64,000 nucleotides of DNA from Clostridiales bacterium. GTDB taxonomy: Bacteria; Bacillota; Clostridia; Peptostreptococcales; Anaerovoracaceae. The position numbers were made by a program, and so were the translations under genes. Location of the stretch: contig SVCV01000001.1 of NCBI GenBank assembly GCA_015058185.1, positions 17,869-81,868 of the forward strand. Reading direction: 5' to 3'. Shown one piece after another: positions 19,208-28,580 of the stretch (its first letter is position 1; each line of letters starts with the position of its first letter). Below the pieces are notes generated by a model. It was not told the origin of the DNA. It searched no databases and worked only from the letters and a program-made list of their open reading frames with translations.

Positions 19208-19236
19208 ACTATAATATTATAAGGGCGATTTGTCAA
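19208..19236 (-). promoter_or_regulatory. sigma-A type promoter for thrS (TTGACA-17-TATAGT)
   Basis: Reverse complement of 19231-19236 is TTGACA and of 19208-19213 is TATAGT, with a 17-nt spacer. The leader is only about 85 nt. Confidence 0.55.
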
Positions 19237-19278
19237 GGAAACAAGCCTTCCGGCCCGAGAAAAAACGGGGTTTTCGGA

Positions 19279-19311
19279 CAAACAAAAGCCGCCGGTCAAA
19301 AGACCGGCGGT
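19279..19311 (-). terminator. intrinsic terminator after acpP
   Basis: Minus strand reads ACCGCCGGTC-TTTT-GACCGGCGGC followed by TTTTGTTTG. Confidence 0.8.
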
Positions 19312-19368
19312 AATACACGATTTTCATGATCTTTTGCGGTGCAAAAGATCGAAGGCGGTGTAACCTTC

Positions 19369-19599
19369 TTAGTTCATCTTGTCTTCTACGTACCGAACGA
19401 TGTCGCCGATGGTCTGGAACTTTTCAGCATCTTCATCGGGGATCTCGATGTCGAATTCGTCTTCGATGGCCATAATGATTTCTACAGCATCGAGGGAGTC
19501 TGCTTCCAGATCCTTCATCAGGTGAGTGTTGATATTGATGATGCTTTCGTCAACGCCCAGCTGTTCGGTGATGATTTCCTTTAACTTATCGAATACCAT
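19369..19599 (-). CDS. acpP: acyl carrier protein
   Basis: 76-aa version with the LEADSLD phosphopantetheine site. GGAGGT lies upstream of the ATG at 19599. The track's 95-aa start is an upstream extension. Confidence 0.93.
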   Translation of the reverse strand: MVFDKLKEIITEQLGVDESIININTHLMKDLEADSLDAVEIIMAIEDEFDIEIPDEDAEKFQTIGDIVRYVEDKMN

Positions 19600-19660
19600 A
19601 TGATTTACCTCCAGTGATACACGAAGAACTGCAGGATCTCTCCTGCGCAGCTTCACCCAT

Positions 19661-19689
19661 ATTATAGGGGATAGTCACAGAGACTGCAA
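19661..19689 (-). promoter_or_regulatory. sigma-A type promoter for acpP (TTGCAG-17-TATAAT)
   Basis: Reverse complement of 19684-19689 is TTGCAG and of 19661-19666 is TATAAT, with a 17-nt spacer. Confidence 0.55.
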
Positions 19690-19717
19690 CCTTATTTTGA
19701 AAATTTTTATTTGGGGA

Positions 19718-21676
19718 TCAGGCCAGCTCCATCCATCGCTCATAAACCTGTTCCAGCTCCTCTTTTGCGGCCGTAAGTTCCTGGTTTAAAGCCCCCAGCT
19801 TTTCGTAGTCGGAAGCATATTCTTCCAGGCACATCAGGCCTTCCAACTCTCCGATTTTTTCTTCCAGTTCGCTGATTCGGGTCTCCGCAGCCTGCTTTTC
19901 TCTTTCCCTTTTCCGCTCCTGAGCCTGCTGCTCTTTGGCCAGTCTCCGCTCTTCCATCCGCCGCTGTTTTTCGTCCAGGGCTGTTTGGTCAGGTTCTTTG
20001 GCACCGCCGGTCTTTTTGCTCAGGTCTTCCAGATAGCTTTTTCCGGAAGCGATGGATTGTTTTTTCTCTACATAATAGTCATAGCCGCCCAGGTAGGAAG
20101 TCAGCCCTTCATCGGTCAGCTCTACGATCCGGGTGGGCAGCTTGTTCAGCAAATATCGGTCATGGGAAATGATGAGGACGGTTCCGGGGAAATCCAGGAT
20201 CGCATCTTCAAAGGTTTCTTTTGAGGCGATGTCCAAATGGTTGGTAGGTTCGTCCAGAAGGAGCGTGTTCGCCCCGGAGAGCATGAGCTTCAGAAGGGAG
20301 AGCCGGGCTTTTTCGCCGCCGGACAGGTCCCGAACCTGCTTGAACACATCGTCGTTGCGGAACTGGAACCGCCCAAGAATGCTTCGGACTTCCCGTTCGG
20401 TATAGAGTCGGAACGCATCGTGGACTTCCTGAAGCACGGTGTTGGAATCCGTCAGAAGTTTCTGTTCCTGGTCATAATATCCAAAAGCTACATTGTGACC
20501 CTGTCTTACCTTGCCTGCGGAAGGGGGGATCAGACCCATAAGGATCTTCAGGAAGGTAGTCTTTCCCGTTCCGTTGGGGCCTACCATACAGATCCTTTCA
20601 CCCCGGCGGATCTCCATATTTACATGGCGGAAAAGGACTCTTTCGTCATCGCCTTCCCCGAAACTCTTGTAGAGGTCCATGGTTTCTGCCACCATGTTTC
20701 CGCTGGGGAAATCTTCCCGGAAGGTGATCTTCATTTTTCCGCCCTCGGATTCCGGCCGTTCGGATCGTTCCATATTCTCCAGCTTGATCTCTCTGGAGCG
20801 GGCACGCTTTGCCAGCTTTTCCGTTCCGTGCTGCTTGAAGCGACGGATCATTTCTTCCTGGCGCTGTATCTCTTTTTGTTCCTTTTCGTAATGCCGCATT
20901 GCGGTTTCGAAGAGGCTCTTTTTCTTTTGTACATATTCGGAGTAGTTTCCGTTATAGATCGTGCATTTGTGATTCTCGATCTCAAAGATCCGGTTGACGG
21001 TCTGGTCCAAAAAGTACCGGTCATGGGAGATCAGAAGGATCGTTCCTTTATAGCTTCGGAGGTATTGTTCCAGCCATTTCAGGGTCCCGATGTCCAAATG
21101 GTTGGTGGGCTCGTCCAAAAGCAGCAAAGAAGGTTTTTGCAAAAGAAGGGCTGCCAGGGCCAGCCGGGTCCGCTCACCGCCGGACAGGACGGAGCATTTC
21201 TTCTCGAAGGTTTCCTCCGGGAAAGCCATGCTTGCCAAAACGCCCTCCGCTTCTTTTCGGAAGGAGTAGCCTCCCCGTTTTTTGAATTCCTCAGATAAGC
21301 GGTCGTACTGCTCCAGCATGTCGGAGGTCCGTTCCGGATCTGTGCCTTCTGCGATTTTTGCAGAAAGCTGTCCCAACTCCGCTTCCATTTCGATCAGGTC
21401 CTGAAATACGGCCATGATCTCTTGATAGACCGTGCGGTCCGACTGGAAGTGATCTCTTTGGCGCAGATAGCCGATGGAGTGCTGGGGGGACATGAAAATC
21501 TCACCCTGATCCGGATCGATGCTTCCTGTGAGCATGTTCAGAAGGGTGGTTTTCCCGGCACCATTTTTTCCGACGATGCCGATGCGGTCTCCTTCATTGA
21601 TGTGGAAGGAGACATTGGTCAATATGGTGTCTGTTCCGTAGGCTTTGCTTAAGCCTGTGGCAGATAAAAGAATCAT
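19718..21676 (-). CDS. ABC-F family ATPase (two ABC domains, no TM domain, C-terminal coiled coil)
   Basis: Two Walker A motifs ([18 protein letters not shown]), two LSGGE signatures, and an EQKRRMEERR-rich tail. 652 aa. Confidence 0.9.
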   Translation of the reverse strand: MILLSATGLSKAYGTDTILTNVSFHINEGDRIGIVGKNGAGKTTLLNMLTGSIDPDQGEIFMSPQHSIGYLRQRDHFQSDRTVYQEIMAVFQDLIEMEAELGQLSAKIAEGTDPERTSDMLEQYDRLSEEFKKRGGYSFRKEAEGVLASMAFPEETFEKKCSVLSGGERTRLALAALLLQKPSLLLLDEPTNHLDIGTLKWLEQYLRSYKGTILLISHDRYFLDQTVNRIFEIENHKCTIYNGNYSEYVQKKKSLFETAMRHYEKEQKEIQRQEEMIRRFKQHGTEKLAKRARSREIKLENMERSERPESEGGKMKITFREDFPSGNMVAETMDLYKSFGEGDDERVLFRHVNMEIRRGERICMVGPNGTGKTTFLKILMGLIPPSAGKVRQGHNVAFGYYDQEQKLLTDSNTVLQEVHDAFRLYTEREVRSILGRFQFRNDDVFKQVRDLSGGEKARLSLLKLMLSGANTLLLDEPTNHLDIASKETFEDAILDFPGTVLIISHDRYLLNKLPTRIVELTDEGLTSYLGGYDYYVEKKQSIASGKSYLEDLSKKTGGAKEPDQTALDEKQRRMEERRLAKEQQAQERKREREKQAAETRISELEEKIGELEGLMCLEEYASDYEKLGALNQELTAAKEELEQVYERWMELA

Positions 21677-21911
21677 GAATACCTCGTGTTTTTTTAGTGA
21701 ATCATATCATTCTATCATTTTTCTTCCGGAGAGTCACGAGAATTTGCTGAAATCCGCTGAGAAGTAAGTTCATCCGGTCTTTCCGGAGGGGAAGAATCCC
21801 ATAATATATCTTGTGTTTCGGCTTTTGTTGTGCTATGATAAACTGAATATAATGTGTTAAAAAGACAGAAGGAAAAGCTAAAACTGGAGAAGGAAATCAA
21901 TAGGTGAGACG

Positions 21912-22550
21912 ATGAAAGAGACCCGTAAAATCTCCAATGCCGTCATCCGAAGGTTGCCTCGTTACCGCCGTTATCTCGAAGAACTGATGAAGAATGATGT
22001 ACAGCGCATTTCTTCCGGTGAGTTCAGCGAAATGATCGGATACACTGCCTCTCAGATCCGGCAGGACCTGAACAATTTCGGTGGATTCGGACAGCAGGGA
22101 TACGGTTATAACATCCGCAGCCTCTATACCGAGATCAGCGCGATCCTTGGACTGGATCGGGAATATAAAATGATCATTATCGGCAGCGGCAACATTGGAC
22201 AGGCTCTTGTAAATTATACGAATTATTTCAAGTCCGGATTCCACGTCTGCGGAATGTTCGATGTCAATCCCCGGCTGGTGGGCCTGCGGATCAATGATAT
22301 CGAGGTTATGGACTGTGAAACTCTCCCTGCATATCTGCAGGAGAATAAAATAGATATTGCCATTATCTGCACACCTAAGAGCGCAGCCCAGGGTGTGGCG
22401 GATATCGTGTGCGCCGGAGGTGTCCAGGGCATCTGGAATTTTGCTCCGACGGATATTCGGGTGTCTTCCGGGGTCGTGCTGGAAAATGTACACCTCAGTG
22501 AAAGCCTTCATACTTTGGCTTACCACATTAACCATAAAGACGAAGAATAA
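21912..22550 (+). CDS. rex: redox-sensing transcriptional repressor Rex
   Basis: N-terminal winged helix (RLPRYRRYL), Rossmann motif IIGSGNIG, 212 aa. Confidence 0.93.
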   Translation: MKETRKISNAVIRRLPRYRRYLEELMKNDVQRISSGEFSEMIGYTASQIRQDLNNFGGFGQQGYGYNIRSLYTEISAILGLDREYKMIIIGSGNIGQALVNYTNYFKSGFHVCGMFDVNPRLVGLRINDIEVMDCETLPAYLQENKIDIAIICTPKSAAQGVADIVCAGGVQGIWNFAPTDIRVSSGVVLENVHLSESLHTLAYHINHKDEE

Positions 22551-22555
22551 AAAAA

Positions 22556-22590
22556 ATAACCGCCTCGGGATCGAGGCGGTTATCTTTTTT
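22556..22590. terminator. bidirectional terminator between rex and the convergent ferredoxin gene
   Basis: ATAACCGCCTCG-GGAT-CGAGGCGGTTAT is a 12-bp stem flanked by an A-run and a T-run. Confidence 0.85.
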
Positions 22591-22597
22591 TAATTCA

Positions 22598-22768
22598 TTA
22601 TGCTTCTGCGGGAGCATCTACGGGGCAGGCGTTAGCGCAGGAACCGCAATCGATGCAGGTATCAGCGTCGATAACGAACTTGCCGTCGCCTTCGGTGATA
22701 GCGTTTACGGGGCATTCGCCAGCGCAAGCACCGCAGCAGATGCAGGCATCACTAATTACATAAGCCAT
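22598..22768 (-). CDS. fdx: clostridial-type 2x[4Fe-4S] ferredoxin (56 aa; below the ORF-track length cut-off)
   Basis: Hand translation gives MAYVISDACICCGACAGECPVNAITEGDGKFVIDADTCIDCGSCANACPVDAPAEA. It has two CxxCxxCxxxCP motifs, and AGGAGG lies 8 nt upstream. Confidence 0.9.
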   Translation of the reverse strand: MAYVISDACICCGACAGECPVNAITEGDGKFVIDADTCIDCGSCANACPVDAPAEA

Positions 22769-22953
22769 GAGATAATCCTCCTTTGTAATATACGGGGGGA
22801 TCTAAGATTCCCCAATTTTCTTCAACACCGCTATATTATAACAGAAGTGCTTGAGAATAACAAGTGATTATTATTAAATTTCGCTTTCAAAAAATCCTGA
22901 AAACCCTTGCAGTTTGAGGGGTTTAACCATTTCCTTCCGAAAAAGGGGAAGGC

Positions 22954-22982
22954 TTGTAAAAAGCATCCTGGCATAGTATAAT
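22954..22982 (+). promoter_or_regulatory. sigma-A type promoter (TTGTAA-17-TATAAT) for the P-loop/Asp23 gene
   Basis: TTGTAA at 22954-22959, 17-nt spacer, TATAAT at 22977-22982. Confidence 0.55.
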
Positions 22983-23034
22983 AAAAGGGTTAGTGTGCCC
23001 GGTTTGGGCCTGGTTGGAGAAAGGAAAAGAACCT

Positions 23035-23838
23035 GTGAAAATTTATGCCCTTGTAGGAAAAAGCGGAACCGGAAAAAGTTTTCAGGCAATGAATCTTTGC
23101 CGGGAAATGAAGATCGACGGCATCGTGGATGATGGGCTTTTTATCTATGGCGGCGTAGTTGCTGCCGGAATTTCGGCCAAGCGGCAGGATACAAAAGTCG
23201 GTGCTATTCGTACTGCTTTATTTACAAAGGAGGAGCATCGCAGTTCCGTAGCGGAAAAGATCCGTCAGGAATCGCCCTCCAGCATCCTCATTCTGGGTAC
23301 TTCTGACGGTATGGTTGAGAAGATCGCGGAGAGACTGGAACTGCCCCCTATTTCGAAGACCATCTACATTGAGGATATCACCACTGCAAAACAGCGGGAG
23401 TTTGCTCAAAAGCAGAGAAACGAAATGGGGAAGCATCTGATCCCTGCTCCCACCTTCCAGATCAAAAGAGATTTCTCCGGCTATTTCCTCGATCCCATGA
23501 GAGTCTTCCGGGATATTTCCGGAAAAAACATGGTAGGGGAACGAACCGTTGTCCGTCCTACCTATAGTTATAGAGGACAGTATTTTATTTCTGACAAAGT
23601 GATCGGCGATATCGTAGGGCACATCGGATCCAGGATCCCCGGGATCGCCTCTATTCTTCGGGTGTCCACCCAAATGGCCAGCGACGGGATCCGTCTCCGG
23701 GTCCTCGTTACCTGTCGATACGGAGCTTCTCTTATCGATGCTGCAAAGCAGCTGCAGACCATCGCCTCCGGCCAGATCGAGGCCATGACAGCTTTCATTG
23801 TAAAAGGTATGGATGTGGAGATCCGAAACCTGAAATAA
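23035..23838 (+). CDS. uncharacterised fusion protein: N-terminal P-loop NTPase and C-terminal Asp23/Gls24 (alkaline-shock) domain
   Basis: Walker A GKSGTGKS near the N-terminus and a Walker-B-like ILILGTSD. The C-terminal 100 aa (FISDKVIGDIVGH...GIRLRVLVTCRYGASLIDAAKQLQ...VKGMDVEI) looks like Asp23. A GTG at 23035 after GGAGAAAGG is my preferred start; the track uses 22993. Confidence 0.7.
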   Translation: MKIYALVGKSGTGKSFQAMNLCREMKIDGIVDDGLFIYGGVVAAGISAKRQDTKVGAIRTALFTKEEHRSSVAEKIRQESPSSILILGTSDGMVEKIAERLELPPISKTIYIEDITTAKQREFAQKQRNEMGKHLIPAPTFQIKRDFSGYFLDPMRVFRDISGKNMVGERTVVRPTYSYRGQYFISDKVIGDIVGHIGSRIPGIASILRVSTQMASDGIRLRVLVTCRYGASLIDAAKQLQTIASGQIEAMTAFIVKGMDVEIRNLK

Positions 23839-23905
23839 GCCCCTGTCTTGCTGGGAAATTTTGAAAAAACTATTGACACCGAATCGGTCATGTATTAAAT
23901 TTATT

Positions 23906-23932
23906 TTAGCACTCGTGTTTGGTGAGTGCTAA
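23906..23932 (+). promoter_or_regulatory. CIRCE operator (HrcA binding site) in front of groES
   Basis: TTAGCACTC-N9-GAGTGCTAA is a perfect match to the consensus. TTGACA at 23873-23878 lies just upstream. Confidence 0.92.
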
Positions 23933-24017
23933 CAATGGGAATAAAAAGAATATCGCATGCTTCCGCTCTTTTTTTTCGGGCGGAAAGACATGAAAAAGTA
24001 AACAGGAGGTACTTGTA

Positions 24018-24287
24018 ATGAATATTAAGCCTTTAGGCGACAGAGTCGTGATCCAGATGGTTGCTGCTGAAGAAAAGACCAAGAGCGGTATCGTTCTCCC
24101 CGGTCAGGCTAAGGAACAGCCCCAGATGGCAAAGGTCGTAGCAGTAGGCGACGGCGGCGAAAGCAAGATGGAAGTTAAGGTTGGAGACCTGGTTATCTAT
24201 TCCAAGTTTGCAGGCACCGAAGTTAAGCTGGATGGCGAAGAATATCTGATCCTTTCTCAGAAGGATGTTTTAGCAATCGTCGGTTAA
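24018..24287 (+). CDS. groES: co-chaperonin GroES
   Basis: [11 protein letters not shown] start, 89 aa, directly before groEL. Confidence 0.95.
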   Translation: MNIKPLGDRVVIQMVAAEEKTKSGIVLPGQAKEQPQMAKVVAVGDGGESKMEVKVGDLVIYSKFAGTEVKLDGEEYLILSQKDVLAIVG

Positions 24288-24298
24288 GAACCGTTTAA

Positions 24299-25957
<1,659 letters not shown>

Positions 25958-25990
25958 TTTCTTCTCCTCGATCACTCTAAGAAAATAGAA

Positions 25991-26024
25991 AAGGCCCTTC
26001 CCAAAAAGGAGGGGCCTTTTTGTG
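25991..26024 (+). terminator. intrinsic terminator after groEL
   Basis: AAGGCCCTTCC-loop-GGAGGGGCCTT followed by TTTTG. Confidence 0.75.
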
Positions 26025-26225
26025 TCCCTGAGCCGAAGGTTGGTTCGGAGTGCTGAAATATAGGGAAAAATGCCTGATATATAAGTAATTTCAACATTTA
26101 ATGTGATAGATTATCTATGGCGAAAAAGAAAGAATAGGCTTGCTTTGGAGGTATTTTATGATATACTGATTGTGTGTGGGTTACAAAAAAATCACCAAAC
26201 CCACAGAAAGGGAATTAAGGCCAAA

Positions 26226-26942
26226 ATGGACAGTTCCATTCAAACATTGCTGGAAGAAGAGCAAAAACGGGAAGACGCCCGGATGCAGGTGACTTTGAAG
26301 CACCTGGCCGCTGGCGTTATTTTTGTAGACAGAAAAGCGGTCTACATTGATGATACCGTGGAAATCGGACCTGGTACCACTATTTGGCCCGGCGCAATTC
26401 TCGAAGGCAAAACCGTGATCGGTAAAGACTGCGTGATCGGTCCCGGGTGCAGGATCCGCGACAGCATCATCGAGGATGGTGCGGATCTCCAAAATGCGGT
26501 AGTGCTGGAAAGTTCCGTAGGCAAGGGTACGAAAGTCGGCCCCTTCGCTTACCTGCGGCCCGGCAGCAAAGTCGGCGCAAACGCCAAGGTAGGGGATTTC
26601 GTGGAAATCAAAAACTCTACTTTGGGCGACGGTTCCAAGGCTTCTCATCTCACCTATATCGGAGACTCTGATGTAGGCGAAAATGTAAACCTGGGCTGCG
26701 GCGTTGTCTTTGTCAACTATGACGGCAGCAAAAAGTACCGTTCTACTGTAGGCGATGGTGCTTTTGTAGGCTGCAATGTAAATCTGGTCTCTCCCGTAAA
26801 TGTAGGCGAAGGTGCCTATGTTGCGGCGGGAACCACCGTAACGGAAGACGTTCCCCCCGGCGCACTTTGCGTAGGCCGTCAAAAACAAAAACACGTAGAC
26901 GGCTGGGTTGAAAAGCGGGGAATCCTGAAGAAGAAAAAATAA
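26226..26942 (+). CDS. stand-alone left-handed beta-helix acetyltransferase equivalent to the C-terminal (GlcN-1-P acetyltransferase) half of GlmU
   Basis: By recollection it aligns with Bacillus GlmU residues about 225-456 (GPFAYLRPGS, SKASHLTYIGD, VNLGCG..FVNYDG, GAFVGCN.NLV.PV.VGEGAYVAAG). It sits in the glmU position before prs. No nucleotidyltransferase domain is encoded upstream. I chose the ATG at 26226. Confidence 0.8.
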   Translation: MDSSIQTLLEEEQKREDARMQVTLKHLAAGVIFVDRKAVYIDDTVEIGPGTTIWPGAILEGKTVIGKDCVIGPGCRIRDSIIEDGADLQNAVVLESSVGKGTKVGPFAYLRPGSKVGANAKVGDFVEIKNSTLGDGSKASHLTYIGDSDVGENVNLGCGVVFVNYDGSKKYRSTVGDGAFVGCNVNLVSPVNVGEGAYVAAGTTVTEDVPPGALCVGRQKQKHVDGWVEKRGILKKKK

Positions 26943-27002
26943 AAGGAAGGCCCGCCTTTCCGAAAAAAATCACCAAAGACGTAACAATGGAGGAAGTAAA
27001 AA

Positions 27003-27962
27003 ATGAGAAACGGTGTTTTTTCAGACTACAAGATCTTTACTGGCAATTCCAACCCTGTTCTGGCAAGCGAAATCGCATCCATCCTGGGCAAGCCTCTGGG
27101 AAAGAGCACAGTAAATCAGTTCAGCGACGGTGAAACCTCCGTCAGCATTTGGGAAACTGTTCGTGGTCTGGATGTTTACCTTGTTCAGTCTACCTGTCAG
27201 CCCACCAACGATTCTCTGATGGAACTGCTGATCATGATCGATTCTATGAAGAGAGCTTCTGCCGGCCGGATCAACGCCGTGATCCCCTATTATGGATATG
27301 CCCGTCAGGATCGGAAGGCTAAGGCCAGAGATCCCATCACAGCCAAACTGGTTGCAGATCTGCTGACCGCAGCCGGTGCTGACCGTGTTCTGACTATGGA
27401 TCTCCATGCTGCTCAAATCCAGGGTTACTTTGATATTCCCGTAGATCATCTGAAGGGAACTCCTATCCTCGTAAAGTACTTTAAGGACCTGGCTATTGAG
27501 GATCTGGTAGTTGTTTCCCCCGACCACGGCAGTGTAGTTCGGGCCAGAGACATTGCAACTCCTTTGGATGCTCCTATCGCCATCGTTGACAAGCGCCGTC
27601 CCAAGGCAAATGTTTCCGAAGTTATGAATGTTATCGGCGATGTAAACGGCAAGAATGTACTGCTGGTAGACGATATGATCGACACCGCCGGTACCATTAC
27701 CCAGGCTGCAAATGCTCTGAAGAAGCTGGGTGCAAAGAAGATCTACGCCTGCGCAACTCACCCCGTTCTGTCCGGTCCCGCTATCCAGCGGATCCAGGAT
27801 TCCGCCATCGACGAGCTGGTTCTTCTGAACACCATTCCTCTGTCCGCAGACAAGCAGATCGATAAGATCAAGCAGCTGTCCGTTGCTCCTCTGTTCGCAG
27901 AAGCAATGATGCGCATTTTCAACAACCAGTCTGTAAGCAGACTGTTCGATCAGGAAAAATAA
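27003..27962 (+). CDS. prs: ribose-phosphate pyrophosphokinase
   Basis: PRPP synthetase motifs (YARQDRK, DLHA.QIQGFF, VDDMIDT.GT). 319 aa. Confidence 0.96.
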   Translation: MRNGVFSDYKIFTGNSNPVLASEIASILGKPLGKSTVNQFSDGETSVSIWETVRGLDVYLVQSTCQPTNDSLMELLIMIDSMKRASAGRINAVIPYYGYARQDRKAKARDPITAKLVADLLTAAGADRVLTMDLHAAQIQGYFDIPVDHLKGTPILVKYFKDLAIEDLVVVSPDHGSVVRARDIATPLDAPIAIVDKRRPKANVSEVMNVIGDVNGKNVLLVDDMIDTAGTITQAANALKKLGAKKIYACATHPVLSGPAIQRIQDSAIDELVLLNTIPLSADKQIDKIKQLSVAPLFAEAMMRIFNNQSVSRLFDQEK

Positions 27963-27965
27963 ACT

Positions 27966-28580
27966 ATGTACATAATCGCAGGGCTGGGAAATCCGGGGCG
28001 GAAGTACGAAGGAACCAAACACAATATTGGTTTCATTACGGTAGACGCCCTGGCTGACCGGCACGGTATTCAAATCAATAAAATCAAACACAAGGCTTTG
28101 GTCGGGGAGGGTTTTATCTCCGGCCAAAAAGTCTTGCTGGTAAAGCCTCAGACTTACATGAACCTTTCGGGTCAAAGCATCCGGGAGGTTATGGCTTATT
28201 ATAAGGAAGATCCTGAGAACCTGTTAGTGATTTATGACGATGTGGATCTGTCCATGGGGCGGCTCCGGTTCCGAAAGGGAGGAAGTGCCGGCACCCACAA
28301 TGGTATGCGTTCCATCATTTACGATCTGCAGCAGGATAATTTCCCCAGACTTCGCATCGGCATCGGCGGCGAGGTGAAGGGTGAGCTGGCTTCCTATGTG
28401 CTGGGCGGATTTCATGGTTCCGATAAGGAGCTGATGGAAGAGGCTGTAAAGAAAGCTGCTGATGGTGTGGAATGTTTCCTTTCCGAAGGAATAGATAAGG
28501 CCATGAATCAGTATAATACCAGCGAGAAGAAGAAAAAGAAGAAAGAAAAAGAAGAAGGAGATCAGGAAACCGATGAGTAA
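27966..28580 (+). CDS. pth: peptidyl-tRNA hydrolase with an extra Lys/Glu-rich C-terminal tail
   Basis: IAGLGNPG..Y..T.HN.GF motif. About 20 additional charged residues (EKKKKKKEKEEGDQETDE). The stop overlaps the mfd start. Confidence 0.93.
   Translation: MYIIAGLGNPGRKYEGTKHNIGFITVDALADRHGIQINKIKHKALVGEGFISGQKVLLVKPQTYMNLSGQSIREVMAYYKEDPENLLVIYDDVDLSMGRLRFRKGGSAGTHNGMRSIIYDLQQDNFPRLRIGIGGEVKGELASYVLGGFHGSDKELMEEAVKKAADGVECFLSEGIDKAMNQYNTSEKKKKKKEKEEGDQETDE

Noticed and set aside
21715-21900. A 61-aa ORF in the ABC-F/rex intergenic region
   Set aside because: It has no SD and a Ser/Phe-rich, implausible sequence. It spans the two divergent promoters.
21677-21911. A Rex operator in the rex/ABC-F divergent region and at the fdx promoter (22790-22870)
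   Set aside because: Only half-site-like strings are present (TGTTAAAAAGACA, TTGTTATTCTCAAGCA). There is no TTGTTAA-N4-TTAACAA-type dyad.
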